Positions 27,365-40,814 of a stretch of 64,000 nucleotides of DNA are shown here, piece after piece. The position numbers and the translations under genes are program-made. The notes under the pieces were generated by a model that saw nothing but the letters and a program-made list of their open reading frames with translations, was not told the origin of the DNA and did no database searches. How positions within the stretch are numbered: position 1 is the stretch's first letter; every line of letters begins with the position of its first letter. The stretch covers positions 750,941-814,940 of the forward strand of contig MU058844.1 in assembly GCA_013265495.1 (NCBI GenBank), in the 5' to 3' direction. This DNA comes from Vicugna vicugna (Eukaryota).

Positions 27365-28130
27365 AGCTGAGTGTAATGATTGACAGCATGGGCTTTGGAA
27401 TCCAAGGGTCTTGGATTCAACTTCTGATTTTACCACTTCCTGAATACCTGACAAAGCTTTCTGTGCCTTAGTGCTCTCATCTCAACAACGGGAATTAAAA
27501 ACCACATCTTCAAAGGATTTCTATGCAGACTAAATGAGATAATTATATACAATGCTAAGCCAACTTTTTGTCCCAGAGTGAGCGTAGTGAGCTTAATAAT
27601 GACCCCCAAAGATATCCAGGTCTTAATTCTCTAACTTGTGAGAGTTACCTTACATGGCAAAAGCATTCTGCAGATGCGATAATCTCTCCTTGAAATGGGG
27701 AGGTTGTCTCAGATTATCTAGATGGGTCCTAAATGTAACCATAACTATCCCTATATGGGGGAAACAGGGAAATCTGACTACAGAGGGGTCAGATTGAAGG
27801 CAATGTGATGATGGAAGCAGGGAGAGATTTGAAGATGATATGCTACTAACTTTGAAGATAGAAGGGACTATAAACGAGTGAATGCATGGAATACGGTTAT
27901 AGAAGCTGGAAAAAGCAAGGAGATAGGTTTCCCCCTACAGCCTCCAGAAGGAACCAGCCTTGCCAGCATCTTGGCTTTAGCCCAGTGAAACTAATTTCAG
28001 ACTTCTGGACTCCAGAAATGAAAGAAAATAAAGTTTTGTTGATTTAAGCCATGAAATCTGTGGTAGTTTGTTAATAGCAGCAATAGAAAATAAACAGTAA
28101 ATATTCAATATATGGTAGGTATTCAATAAA
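27365..28130 (+). mobile_element. MIR interrupted by an MLT1D-like MaLR LTR (27583-28096)
   Basis: AATAATGACCCCCAAAGATATCCAGGTC...CAGCCTCCAGAAGGAACCAGCC...GCAGCAATAGAAAATAAACA, with MIR core on both sides. Confidence 0.8.
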
Positions 28131-28159
28131 TGCCTATCAAAGGTAATTATGTCCAAGTA

Positions 28160-28430
28160 AAATATTAATAACTGTGATTTTTTTGGAGAACTTGCTGTAG
28201 TCTATGTACTAAGTGCTTTATTCTAAGTGATCTACATAAATTAAGCCATTTAATCCTTACAACAACCCTGAGTTATTATTATCCCCTTTTTAACATATGA
28301 AGAAACTGGGACACAGAGAGGTTAAATAGTTTGCCCAAGATTACACAGCTACAACCTGGACTGAGCTGGGATATGACCACAAGCAGTCTAGTCCCTAAAT
28401 CTCTATTCCTAAGCTCTCTGTCTACTGCTT
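28160..28430 (-). mobile_element. MIR SINE
   Basis: CATTTAATCCTTACAACAACCCTGAG...GAAGAAACTGGGACACAGAGAGGTTAAATAGTTTGCCCAAG. Confidence 0.8.
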
Positions 28431-29631
28431 CCTACATGTTGTATGTTGAGCTATGCTATGTGGATCCCATAAAAGAAGATTAAGGTGCTGCCCACTGTCC
28501 AGCCTTAACCCCATTAAAGGACCTTGGTGATATTGCTAGTCCCATGACAGTGGAATAAAACAGTGTTTCAAGGAGAATCTAGACATAACAACAGGGTAGT
28601 TATGGTGGACCAAGTGTAGAGTGGGAGGATTGAGAAATAAAACATTTGGCAGATCAAACTGTTCTCTTCAAGGGCTTGCTTCCATAATCAGAGTTGCTCA
28701 CTATAGTCATGAGGCAAAATGATTGACCGATGCCCAAAAAGAAATGATTTTTGGAAAAATATGATGATAGATGTCATGTGGTAAGTGATCAATAAATGGT
28801 TCATGAAGAAATATAAAAAGCAATTGGGGTTAGAAATAGTATCTGAATTATGCCATGCCACGGGTCACAATTTCTTCAGGATCCTTTGAAATTGCTTTTG
28901 AGACGTTGCAGTGGGTTGAAATTGTGTATGACCAGAGCAAAAACCTCCCTGTGAGATTCTTCAAGGCCTTAACTATGTCTATAAAGTGTTTTGGGCTTCA
29001 GAGTTTTTTTTCCCCATACTTGAAAACCCATAGCGTGAGATACTATTCTTTGTTGAGTTCCTATTTTCCTTGGTGACAACTATATGCCAAACTACCTAGC
29101 TTGGGTCAATTTGGTAATTGATTGCTATTAATGAATAATAAATTTCATATTATGGAATAAGCTGTGGCTTGCCACTTAATTACCTGAATTCATATCCATC
29201 TACATCTGTCTATCTGTCTGTCTGTCTATCTATCTATCTACAAGTCCTCAGCTCTGCTAAGAAGTGGCTTGTGTTCCTGATTTGGATGTTCTGGTTTTCT
29301 GGAGGCCTTCCATGAGCATATTTGTTCCGTATTTGTATTTTCAGGAGCATAACTGAACCTAAAATTCTGATTTTATAGATTAAAAGCCTTGATAATTTGT
29401 AAGTAGACCATTTTGAATATAATTTATGAACGTATGAGAAATATGAATTGGATCATCACCATGCCAAATTGGCATACCTTTTCATGAGAAAAACTAAACC
29501 TACATTAGTCACAACTGATTATCTCTTATAGACTAGAAAGGCAATTTCAGTGGTAGCGAGAATAAAGTATCCCCATCAAGCCATCTGATAATGGCTTTAC
29601 AGGTCGTTTTTCTCTGCAGTCCACCTAAATG

Positions 29632-29803
29632 TGGGATTTCCAGATAGAATACAAATCTGAATTTCAAATAATCAACACAAATTTTTAGTATATGTTCCAT
29701 GCAATATTTGGAACATATTTACATTAAAATTTTGTTGTTACTTATCTGAAATCCACATTTAACTGGACATCCTGTATTTGTAATTGCTAATTTGACAACC
29801 CTA
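29632..29803. mobile_element. MER53 palindromic hAT MITE
   Basis: GGGATTTCCAGATA...TGAATTTCAAATAA...ATATGTTCCATGCAATATTTGGAACATAT...TTATCTGAAAT...TTTGACAACCCTA. Confidence 0.8.
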
Positions 29804-29804
29804 C

Positions 29805-29905
29805 TTTTTTTTTTTTTAAATATAGGTACTGGGGATTGAACCCAGGACCTTGTGCAACTTCATGCATGCTAAGCATGCACTCTGCCACTGAGCTATACCC
29901 ACTCA
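29805..29905 (-). mobile_element. tRNA-derived SINE (Vic-1-like), short-tailed
   Basis: GGTACTGGGGATTGAACCCAGGACCTTG...CCACTGAGCTATACCC is the reverse complement of the A/B boxes. Confidence 0.85.
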
Positions 29906-29935
29906 CACCAGGCAACCTTTAAAAAAACTCGGTCT

Positions 29936-30010
29936 AGAAGAGAGAGTAGCACATGCTTAGCATACACAAGGTCCAGGGTTCAAGCCCCATTACCTATATT
30001 TTTAAAAAAA
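29936..30010 (+). mobile_element. tRNA-derived SINE (Vic-1-like), 5'-degenerate
   Basis: CATGCTTAGCATACACAAGGTCCAGGGTTCAAGCCCC. TSD-like AAAAAAACTCGGTCT / AAAAAAACAACTCAGTCT. Confidence 0.8.
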
Positions 30011-30879
30011 CAACTCAGTCTCTAATCCTCAAGGATTCTCTAATTTCAATACCTGTGGAATATCTGGATCTCTTGACTAGAATGGTTTGGTATCCTCTAA
30101 GATCTGATCATCAGGGGAAAGCATATGGGGCATGATCTGGTTCATACAGAAGAGTTACATATGCTGCTGTTGGGGCAGAGACTGCTAACTGACCCTCCAA
30201 CATCTGTTCTCTTCTAATTCTAGTCAATAGGTGTTTTGGATGAGTACATGGCTTCTCTGCTAAAGTCAACACTTCTTACTCTTTCTTGCAGCTGGCTGTG
30301 TCTATGTGACTAAATTCTTGCCAGTGGGACACGATCAGGTGTTGTATGCTACTTCCAGATCCTTAGAGGGCATTCCCTGGGGACCGGACTCATTTCATGC
30401 AACTATGCGGATTCCTACCGTCCCCCTCTAGGCTTTACTGTTTACCCTGCTTCTAATGTGTTTCATTCCTGTGACTATCACTGCTCTTTTCTCATTTTAT
30501 AATACCAATGGTTGCTTCAGCCTCCCAGGCTCTGTTGCCTCCATACCTTTAGGGGCATCCTTAGCATCCAGGTCCAGAAAAGCTAGGCTTCCTCCGTAGC
30601 TGCCTGAAGGGGCAATAATACAACTAGAAATAGAAGGGAATGTTAACACCCTACTAGACGAACTTGATCAGTGAGAGACAAAAAATCAGAAATGGCTGCC
30701 AGGTAAATCACTTGCCTCTGCTGCTGCTGACAGAGTGTTCTCAGACAATGACCACATCACCTTCATTTGGTATTATTAGAAGTTCAGAAACTCAGACCAA
30801 ACCACAGACCTATTGAATTAAGTGTGTATTTGAACAGGATCCCCGGGAGAGTCATATGCACACTAAAGTTTGAAAGCAT

Positions 30880-31750
30880 TGCTCTAAGACACAGCTGTTC
30901 CACAAACAAAACAAACCCAGTACCTAAACATATTATATTCAAACTACTGAAAACCAGGGATAAAGAGAAATCTCTAAGGCAACCTGAGGGGAAAAAAGAC
31001 CTATTACAGAGGAACAAAGATAAGAGTTACAGCAGTCTTCTTGTCAGAATCTATGCCAGTCAGAACACAATAGAGTGATATCTTTAATGTACTGAAAGAA
31101 CAAAACTGTCAAAAATATCTTTAAAAAGGAAGCATAAATAAAGACTTTCCCCAACAAACAAAAACTGAGAGAATGAAGTATAAGCAATCTGTCACTCCTA
31201 GAAATGTTACAGAGATTTCTTCAGACAGAAGCAATAATATATCAGACAGAAACTTGGATCTGCCTGGAGAAATAGTGTTAGAAATGGCAAAAATGAAGGT
31301 TAAAAACCGAAAAAGTTTAAAGTTTCATTTTCTCTAGGAAGATTGATAGTTTACTAAAGCAAAAATAGTATCACCGTAGTATGTGTATATAATACATGTA
31401 AAATGAAACATAGCACAAGAGTAGCACAAAAGATGGGAAGCAGGAATTGGAGTATACTGTTAAGGACATAATATTATTTGAAGGTAAACTATAATTAAAG
31501 ATTAACCAACTTGACCTAAGTGACATTTGTTGACTATTCCACCCTTAAAGAGCATACCAAAATATGCGTTTGAGCCACAGCATAAGTAAACTAGGTGTTA
31601 GTAACAGAAAGATATTTGGAAAATCCTTAAATAATTGTAAGGTACACCACACACAACTCAGTAACCCATGGGCCAAACAAGGAAGTCACAAGGGAAATAA
31701 GAAAAATATTTTGAATTAAATCAAAATGAAAAATATTGGCGACATACAAT
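30880..31750 (+). mobile_element. Old L1 ORF1 / inter-ORF / ORF2 remnant, preceded by a MER5A (~30735-30880)
   Basis: ORF 30767 contains PKHIIFKLLKTRDKEK, matching the L1 ORF1p motif PRHIIxKLxKxKDKE. Confidence 0.75.
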
Positions 31751-34700
31751 CAGGGTTATAGGGAAATGATTAAACTATGGATTCTATTCATTATCAAGGC
31801 CCTCCTGTTAGATTCTAGGTCATCTCCTTGTTTCTTCTTTGTTATATAGAAAGGTACCTTCAGGTAATAGAGCAAAGGAAAAAGAAAACTAAAAAATTCA
31901 AAGAGGCTCAGTTGATATTTATAAAAATGAATTGGGGACAAATGAAAGAAGGTGTCAAGTAGTAGTCTCTGAAATAGAGGGAGACAGTGGAGAACATGAT
32001 TTTGGCGGGAGGGGGTCGGGGTGAAACCACTGCAGAGCACATAAGAAAACTTGGTGATAAGAAAGGTGTCTCAACTCTAAAGTATATTTCAAAGAGTTTT
32101 GCTGCATATTAAAAATATACCTCAACTTCAATATTTTATCAAAAGAGTAAGCAAAGATCTAAATCTCTTTTGATTTTATTTTTCTGGAGATGGCTGTTTC
32201 TTTGACTATGACTCTTAAAAAAGAATCTCACGAGGACTTATACAACCAGAAAGAGCCCTATTCATTCCCTTTTCCCTCATCCATTTCATGGAAGACAGCT
32301 TCCTTCTTTCGCATTCTCCTTAGGCTGCAGGTTGTTTTTTTGTGATTTATGTTCTTCCTAAATCCTTTCTGGACATTCATTTTATTTTCCTTTTCTTTCT
32401 TTTTTTTTTTTTCTTAACAAAGAAGTCTCATGTACTACTCCCCTGCCCAGAAAGAATTAAATCCCCCAAATCCTCTAGGAGTGGCCCTTGATATTTCACA
32501 CATACTTTGAGAATATATAACCTATGATTTCCATCAGCCATCTGGATAACGGTAGCATTTTGAAGTCCCATACATTCTCCCCTAACACCCTCTCCCCTCC
32601 AGCCAAATGATGAGGAAGTGACTTAGATGGATCCAAGAATTTGAATCCAGGGCAAAAAGACACACAGATAGAAGATAGCTGAGTCATTTTGCTGGCAGCT
32701 GCCAAAATGTCCTAGTCCAGGAATTCCTGGTACTGAGATCCCTGGAGCTACCCTAGTCTAGTTTTTTTTTCCGAGACTGGTTTTCTTCTTCAATTCTGCA
32801 TTTTCTTGTATCATTTCAACCAGTTATTTAATGCTTGAGGTAGCCAGAATCTGCTTCTGTTGTTTGCAATCATAGGGCCATAAGTGAGACAAGTCACAAC
32901 TTAAAAATGGTACTGAGTGCTGTGCCAGATTCTTCTAAGCTGGGCCTGCTTGTGCTGATGTGGACTGTGTGATGAATCAGTGCTCCTACAATTTTCTCTT
33001 TCTATTCTGCTGTGAAACCTCTGAACTTACATTGGACAATATGCTGAGACATCAACATCATTTGTCCCTTACTTGGTGCAAAAATATTACTTATGTTTTA
33101 AGTCCACATTTGTTCTTTTCTTATTGGGCTATGTGTCAAGCAGTGGTACTTGACCCCGTAAGAAACCATTCAGGTCATAAAAATAAATTACATACCTCAG
33201 TTATAAAGTGGCAAATTAAATGATCCTGAATATGTTTATATTATTTTTTGACATTATCATTGAAATGAAAGCACATTACCTAAAAATCTTTTAAAAGGCT
33301 GTTGTGATAGACTTGTACTTTATACTGTATTTCACAGACTTTATCATTCTCTCTGATACCTCTGTGGGGATCAATTCAGCCTTGATAAATGTGTAGTTGA
33401 GTATCATAAACTTAAAAAGTTAACATGCAAGGATATGAATAGAAAAATTCACAAAAAAAGGAACACACAAAAAGGTCAATAAACATAGTAAGATGTGTTC
33501 AACCTCAATAAGATTAAAGATGGTTAAAGCATCAGTCAAGATGGTCTAGGTAACACTGCAGTAACAACACCATTTCTCAGGGGCTCAAAAAGACGAAGAT
33601 TTATTTTTTTGTTCATATCCATCATGGCTTAGCTGGAGGCTTTGTTCCACAGAACTGATTAACAAAACCTGTCCCTGGGCCATGGGACTCAGGCCACTTT
33701 GTGGAATATTGCTGGTAACAGGTAGCAAAGTGAAAGAGAGCTCTGTAGGCTCTTGCACTGCCGTGAAATACTCATCCCAGAGAGGTACATATGATTTCTA
33801 TTCACATTTTAACGACCAGGGCAGGTCACATGGCCCCACCTACTATCAAATGCCATGCAATTCAACCCTACTATTTGCTCAGGAGGTGGAAAGTCAGAAA
33901 TACTTGGCAGGGGACATTAACGACTATATCATGCAGTGAAACCAAGAAGAAGCTGTTATTTTTCAGTTATCAGACCAGCAACTTTGTAAAGATAAAGTTA
34001 AAAAAATAAAACTTTGTCTCAGCTAGTATATTGAAACAGGCACTCATCCCTCAGGAAAGAGAAATTGTGCATTATTTCTGGGGGCAGTTTTGACAGTACA
34101 CACACACACACACGCAGTGTACATATACTTTACCCCACAATCTCACTGCTAGGAATGTAACCTAAAGAGATGTTCACAATTGTGAAAAGACAGGTTTGCA
34201 AGAATGTTTATTAGAGCACTGTGTATATCGGTAGAAAATAACATAAACAATGCATAAATGTGAGGGCAGAGCAATGGGTGAACATTTTATGTTACAACTG
34301 TTTAATTAAATATTATGGATCCATTAAAATTATGCTCACAAAGAATCTGCAACTAAGTAATATCTTTATCTTATGGTGTTAAATGACAAAGCAGCCTATA
34401 CACATTCAGTACAACCTCTTCCTGCTCTCTACAAGTGGAAAAAAAGCACCTCAGAGTTCTCCCTTATCTATCCTCCAGTGATTACTGTTCCTTCCAGCAG
34501 AGCCTGTACACCTACTGTGAGGGACCCCAGTCAAGGCTGTCCTTCCATGCGTGACCCTTATGCTATTTTATAGCTCAGCTGTTCAACACCTGCAGGAGCT
34601 ATGCTGGGGGCAGGATGGTGGGTGCTGTCTGGTTGCAGAGTGACTTCCATTTCCCTGGAGGCTTGCTTATGCTCAGGACTAGGGAAGAGGTGGAAGTCCT

Positions 34701-34999
34701 GATTCCATTCCCAGAGTCCTTCTTATGGTTGAGTTTTCCTTTCCCAAAGAACCACCCCATTCTCCAAGGATTAGCAGAGCACCTTGATCCCTTCACTTGG
34801 ATCCTTTCTTTTCCTTCCTTCCTTCTTTGCCTCTTGTTTCCTTGAAAGAAACCTTGACTAAGCAGTTTTAAGTGTCAGGCACTGTGCCTGGTACTGGGAC
34901 TAGCACAGTGAACAAGATACTCTCTCTGCCCTCACGGAGCATTCTTTCTATCTATTGCAGAAAAGGAAAAGAGACAGTTGCAGTGTATCTCTGTGGTAG

Positions 35000-35464
35000 T
35001 ATGAAGGAAAATCTGGGCTGGTCTAACAAGATAACTCACAAGTCTAGGAATGTGAAGGAGAGGCTGGGCTGGGCTGGCAGGATAACTCACAAATCTAAGT
35101 ATTGGAATACTGATCTGAGTTCTGCTGGACTAACTTGTAAATCTAGGTTAATTAGTGTTGGTTTGCTGTTCATGTTTTTTTGCTAGCCAGCTGGGTTTTC
35201 AAAGATATGTATCTGGCCTTGGAATGTTGGTTTGCTGCCTCCCTGCCTCCACTTTTGTGATAATGATGCTGCTAAAGCTGTTTCATGCCTATTGGCCAAA
35301 TACCCCAAGCTTGTACTTTACCCTATAAAACCTCATGCACACATCTTGGAGGTGCTCAGAGCTTCGGAGCAGAAGCCCCTCTGAGCCCGCCGGCATAATA
35401 CATCTGAGTACTCCAACCCTCCGAGTGGTGCTTGTTTCTTGGCTGGCCTGTCGATTCCGTAACA
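35000..35464 (+). mobile_element. ERV solo LTR with 51-bp U3 tandem repeats, inserted at the 5' end of an MLT1 LTR (34992..35690)
   Basis: Repeat units at 35000-35050 and 35051-35101. ATTGG at 35291, TATAAAA at 35324-35330, end TAACA. MLT1 sequence resumes at AACCTCTAAGATG...ACTTGCTTCTAACAAATAGAAT. Confidence 0.75.
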
Positions 35465-38258
35465 TTTCGAACCTCTAAGATGTCCCATGAACCCTGCCTC
35501 CTGGTATTCACACCCTGTGTAATCCCCTCTCCTGAGTGTTGGCTGGACTTAGCAACTTGCTTCTAACAAATAGAATATGCCAGAGCATTGGGAAGTCACT
35601 TCTGAGATTAGGTAATAAAAAGGCTCTAGCTTAGATCATGGGTCTCCCCTCCACCATCTCTTCCCTGGCTCTGGGGGAAGCAAGATGCCATGTATTTCAC
35701 CAATATGCTACACAACCAGTGTTATTTGTGAGAAGTGGAAGGTAATTGAAAAATAATTACAAGAAAAGCAAAACAATGCTGTTAAATCCTAACAAAACAA
35801 GATCGCCCCTAAAAGCTCTAAGATCTCCTTGCCTCTGTGTGTGTGTCACTCTTCAAAAGAGAGGTGATAAAAAAAAACCTAGTACTAAACTGAATTTTTC
35901 TCCTTGATGTTATCAGAAGGATTAAAGAGAATTTAACGAGGAATCATATGATTCTATTTTAGTTACTACTGTTATTCACATGTGACTAAAATTCATCTCT
36001 TATTCATCAAGCACTTTGAGAACACTACCCTACACTAATCAGCTGAGACTATAAGCCACAAATATGGGTCAACACTCAGACAGAGAAAGATGGTTTCTTT
36101 TAATGCCAAACCTAAGACTGTAGTTCTGCACCTGGGTGCACGGCACAGTGGTGTTCCATGAATTTTCATTGTGTGCTACCAGAGTTTGATCAATATATAA
36201 AATTGATTTCCTCCTTCCAGTTGAGGACACATATTTTTATGTACGTGTGACGGAAGGCTCTGCAGAATTAGTTGGGCAATGTGTGTCCCACTCTCCACAC
36301 TTAAGAAACATCACCTCTCCATGGGACAGTGAACTGGGACACTTGCCAGATCTATAACCACTCAAAAGCTACATAACAATAAAGGGTGACCCAGTGAATA
36401 GTAAAATAACTCTAGAAAGGCTTTTTGGCTTTCCAAAACTTGCTTTTTAAAAACCATCATTCATCTTTTAGTGCTTTTGAGCATACTGTCCAGACTTCTA
36501 GAATTCAAAAATGTGTCTAAAAAAAGGTCATTGTTTAGAGGTCAAAGGCGGACTCCTTCCACTAGCAACCAAGTCAGATTTCAAAATTTTTGCCATAAGG
36601 GTTGTGCTTTTATGGGAACAAATAGTTCCTACTCATTTGTTCTGTTAAGTGGATAAAATATGACGGGTGATTTGCGGAAATAAAATTCTCTCTGAAATGC
36701 TTCCTAACATGTTACTTGGTCTTTTCTTTTCCCTAAGATATATTATGAAAAACACCGAGCTTGTAAATGATTTGTTCCAGGTGACGACAGAGAATACATT
36801 TCCTAAAGGAACAGTGTTTTCCTCTCTCAGAATTTTGGAATCTCCCTGATATATTTCTAGATAGATGGGATCAAACAGTATAATCATGCCCCGGAAGTGC
36901 AGAGGTGGGGGAAGAAGAGGTTCAGGGCTGTAGTTGGGGTAACTGTTTTGTACATAAGAACAGAGGAAGGTATAGGGTTAGAGAACTGTTACTATTTCCC
37001 CTCCGCTGCAGAACTGGGCCATGTTTGGGGGCCTGGAGTGAGCTTGGCAGAAAATCACTTGCTTCCTCATGCTGTGATGTTCCACAGGACTTTTTGTCCA
37101 TATTACTGTCTTGGTGAATGGCCTGTTTTGTACACTAAATGCCACAGTAGTTTCACATATCCAAATTAGAAGAAATATGCTGACCTGAAATACGAAAACC
37201 TATTGAGATGTCAGCCATGTTTTTTCTTCCTTCCTTAAATTTCAAAATAGACACTTGCGTAGCATCCCCAAAATGTTTTAAAATTAATATCTCACTTGGA
37301 TTGAAATCTTTGAGTCTCAAACAAGAAAAAAATAAGTAATGAAAAGAGACTGAGTAAGCACCACTTCCTGCCTTTAGAAAAATGTGTGACTCCCCTGTGA
37401 CCATTTTCTGGCCTCTAAGAAGGAGCTTTCACAGAAGCAAAGTAAATTCTATTTGCCTAAAAGTTCAAGTCAATAACAATTTTATTTAATTGGGACATAA
37501 CTGAGGAAAAAGGACAGATTGTCAGACTCTAGCAGGCCAGCCTCCGGGCATGCAGGACCTCAGTGACTGGCTGGTGAAGAGGAGGTAGAGGCTGGACCCC
37601 AGCTCAAAAACATAGTGTGGCTGTAGTTCTGACCCCCAAAGACACTGGGTGGTGGTCCAAGTTGACGTTCAAAGAGGAAGGATAAATAATGCAATTACAT
37701 CCAATGCTAATATCTCAGGAGGTACAGTTTACAGTTGGAGCATGTCAGCAAAGTTCACCATACACAGGTGGTGCTTTAAGTTAGCAGGGAACTACTATCA
37801 TACTTACAAACGGTTCACCTCTTTAGAGTATTATCTTAGCCAGAAATTTAAGGGCCAGTGGAGCATCTCCAGTACCCCAGGAAAAGGAATGGTGAGACTT
37901 GCCAGAGCTCCAACAGAGCAGAACTGGACTCTATTTATCAGGGAAGTTGAGGTAGAAGCCTAATCACACAAAGTAGACCCCCATTGTGAGGTTTAGAGAA
38001 GTGTTATAACTCAGTGAACCCACCACAAGTATCAAAGACACTGGGTCTACAGAAAGACAACTATTTCCAGAATCTACCCACTTGCAAAGGTGGGCCTCAG
38101 TGATGCCAACTTTAAAGGTAGCAACTGACATTAGTGTTAGAAAACCAAGCAATGTTGCCATGCAAGGAAGATCAGCAATGCTCATTGAGGTGTGCTTCAA
38201 GATAGCCCTGTGCTACATTTCATGGAAAGGAAGTGTAAAAGAAGTTATAGAATCCCTG

Positions 38259-38404
38259 AGGGGAGGGTACAGCTCAGTAGCAGAGTGCGTGCTTAGCATA
38301 CATGAGGTTCTGGATTCAATCCCCACTACCTTCATTAGAATAAATGAATAAATAAATAATAAACTTAATTACCCACCTCACCCCCCCTGAAAAAAAGGGG
38401 AAAA
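38259..38404 (+). mobile_element. tRNA-derived SINE (Vic-1-like)
   Basis: A/B boxes. TSD AAAAGAAGTTATAGAATCCC (38237-38256) / AAAAGAATTTATGGAATCCC (38405-38424). Confidence 0.9.
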
Positions 38405-38971
38405 AAAAGAATTTATGGAATCCCAAATGGCCAGTAAACAAATGAAAGATACCCAGCCTCACTGGCAATCAGGGAAATGCAAGTTAAACCACAGCTGATT
38501 TTAATGGGTACCATTTCATACCCATCAGATATACAGAAAAATGTTACTGCAGCATTATTAAAAAAAACTACAATTACTTAAATATTCATCAATAGAATGG
38601 ATATTTGATTTAGTAACAAATGTTTATGGTAATTTAAATTTTCTATTATATTTTGTAATAGAATGCCATAGAAATGCTATAAAGCAGTGAACATAAATGA
38701 ACATGAACTAGTAGAGAAAACTGAAGGCACATTCATTAAATACTTCAATAATATATTTCTAGAGCAACACAAGCTTAAATTATAGAGTATATCTAAACAC
38801 CTAAGTTAATGCATAAAAGCACTTTGTTCCCACTTCTAACATAGCATTCTCCAGGTTATATTGGACATTTTTATTTAGGTGCCTGATGACTCAATATGAC
38901 ACTAAGTTCTTTGAAGTCAGGAACCAAGCAGAATCCCTTAACAGAACAGGTGCTCAATAATGTTAGTTGAG

Positions 38972-39355
38972 TGAAATCTTGCCATTTGCTGTCAGGGAGA
39001 AAAATCATGGATGGACCTTAAGGGTATTATGTTAAATGAAATAAGTCAAATGGAAAAAGACAAATATGATTTCACTTATATATGACTTCACTCATATATG
39101 GAGTATTTTAAAAATTAAAGTAAAAAATAAATAAATGAACAAACCAAAACAACCAAACCAAATACACAGATATAGAGAACAGAGTAGTGATTATCAGGAG
39201 GAAAGGGTATGCGGGGAGGGCAAAGTGGGTAAAGGGGGGTCACTATAGGGTGATGGATGGAAACTAAACCTTTGGTGGTGAGCACACTGTAGTGTCTACA
39301 GAAGTCAAAATATAATATGCTACACTTAAAACTTACATAATGTTAGAAACTAATA
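38972..39355 (+). mobile_element. L1 3' end (L1MA9-like)
   Basis: GAAATCTTGCCATTTG...CATGGATGGACCTT...GATATAGAGAACAGA...TTTGGTGGTGAGCAC. Confidence 0.8.
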
Positions 39356-40814
39356 ACTAATAATAAGAATGTTGAATGAATTATTAAGTGAATGAAGAGT
39401 TAAAGACACAATTATGTCAGTTGCTTAAATGTAATTATTTGGACCAAGGTCAAAGCCATCATTGCTAATCCTTAGCCCCTGGTCCTCCTGCTGTCCAACC
39501 TTGCCTTTTTCTGGAACCCCTGACCTTCCCTCTTAATGCACTTGTTGGACTAGTCAGGGAAGTTAGGCGAGAGATGATCTCACTTTCTGTCCACATTTTT
39601 CATCTCAGCTTGGACAGTTTGGTACTACCCACAAGGACAATCAGAGGTCTTTGAAGTGACCTTGAGAATAGACCATGTTTTGTCTTTCATATGTATTCAT
39701 GTATGTACGTGAGTTCTCACGTATATATGCATCAAATACCAGCAGGGGCTGTTGAGCTTTCCCTCTACCAGATCACCCCTAATTTTAAGGACACTGAGGA
39801 GACTTACACACAGAAAAGTAAATAGCACAAATAAAACATAAACACTGTGGCTGCTCTCAGAGCATTTTGATGGGCCTTTATTGTAAGAGGCATGCGAAGG
39901 CTATACCTTGAATAAATCCAAAGAGTCTCACGTGCCATGAGGGACTGAGGGCTTTAAAAATTCTTAAAAAGACAATACCTAAAAGAATGGTCCACCTGTA
40001 TTTGAAGCAGAAGATACAAGAAAAGGGATAAACCCACTGCCAAGAAAACATGATGCAGCATTAATAGATGGAGCAGAGAACATGGAAAAACTCCATTTTC
40101 ACATTGCTTTGATTTTCAAAAACAGCCTTTCCCAAAGTGGGTGTCTCAGAATGCTAGTTCTTTAATGGATTTTTCAGAAAGAAGAGTTGCATGACCAGAG
40201 ACATTTGAGAAACATTAGGAAAATACACACATTTCTTTACTGCAGGACTTTTAGGGTGCTTCAAGATGCTACAGTGTTCTTTGAAACCCAAAGAGAGGTA
40301 GAGTCCTTACTACTATTCAGATTTATGTAATAATTGACACTTTATTGGAGACACCTCATGGGACTAGTGTCTGTGGAGCATGCTTTGGAAAACACTAAAA
40401 GCAAGGGGAATGGTCTCTAATAAAAACGTGTAGAATAAATTGTGCAAAGACAAAGGAAACTACAGTTCTGAGGAAATTGGAGAGAGAAAAAGAATACTCA
40501 ACTATTTTCAAGGATTTCAAATCTTCCCTCTCAGAAAGTACATTCCAACTACTAAAATCAGTTTTGAGAAGTAAAGGAAAATGTTAAGGTTTCCTTCAGA
40601 TTGGAAATGAACAAGTAACATATCCAAAGAAAGGTTTTAAAAACTTGAGACCAAAATGTGATCACCATTTAGGGCTAACATAGGTTTTATTTCACTAAGA
40701 TTCTTCTATTGCAAGTGACAGAAATGAACTCTGACTATTTTAAGGAAAAAATGAATGCACTGGTGGGACTTTTACTGGAAAGAAAGATGAGAGACAAGAA
40801 ACTCAGGCTTGATC

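Noticed and set aside
37649..37963. 104-aa ORF as a real gene or exon
   Set aside because: GTG start, no recognisable family in that frame and no convincing splice context. Kept only as a weak retroelement-fossil lead.
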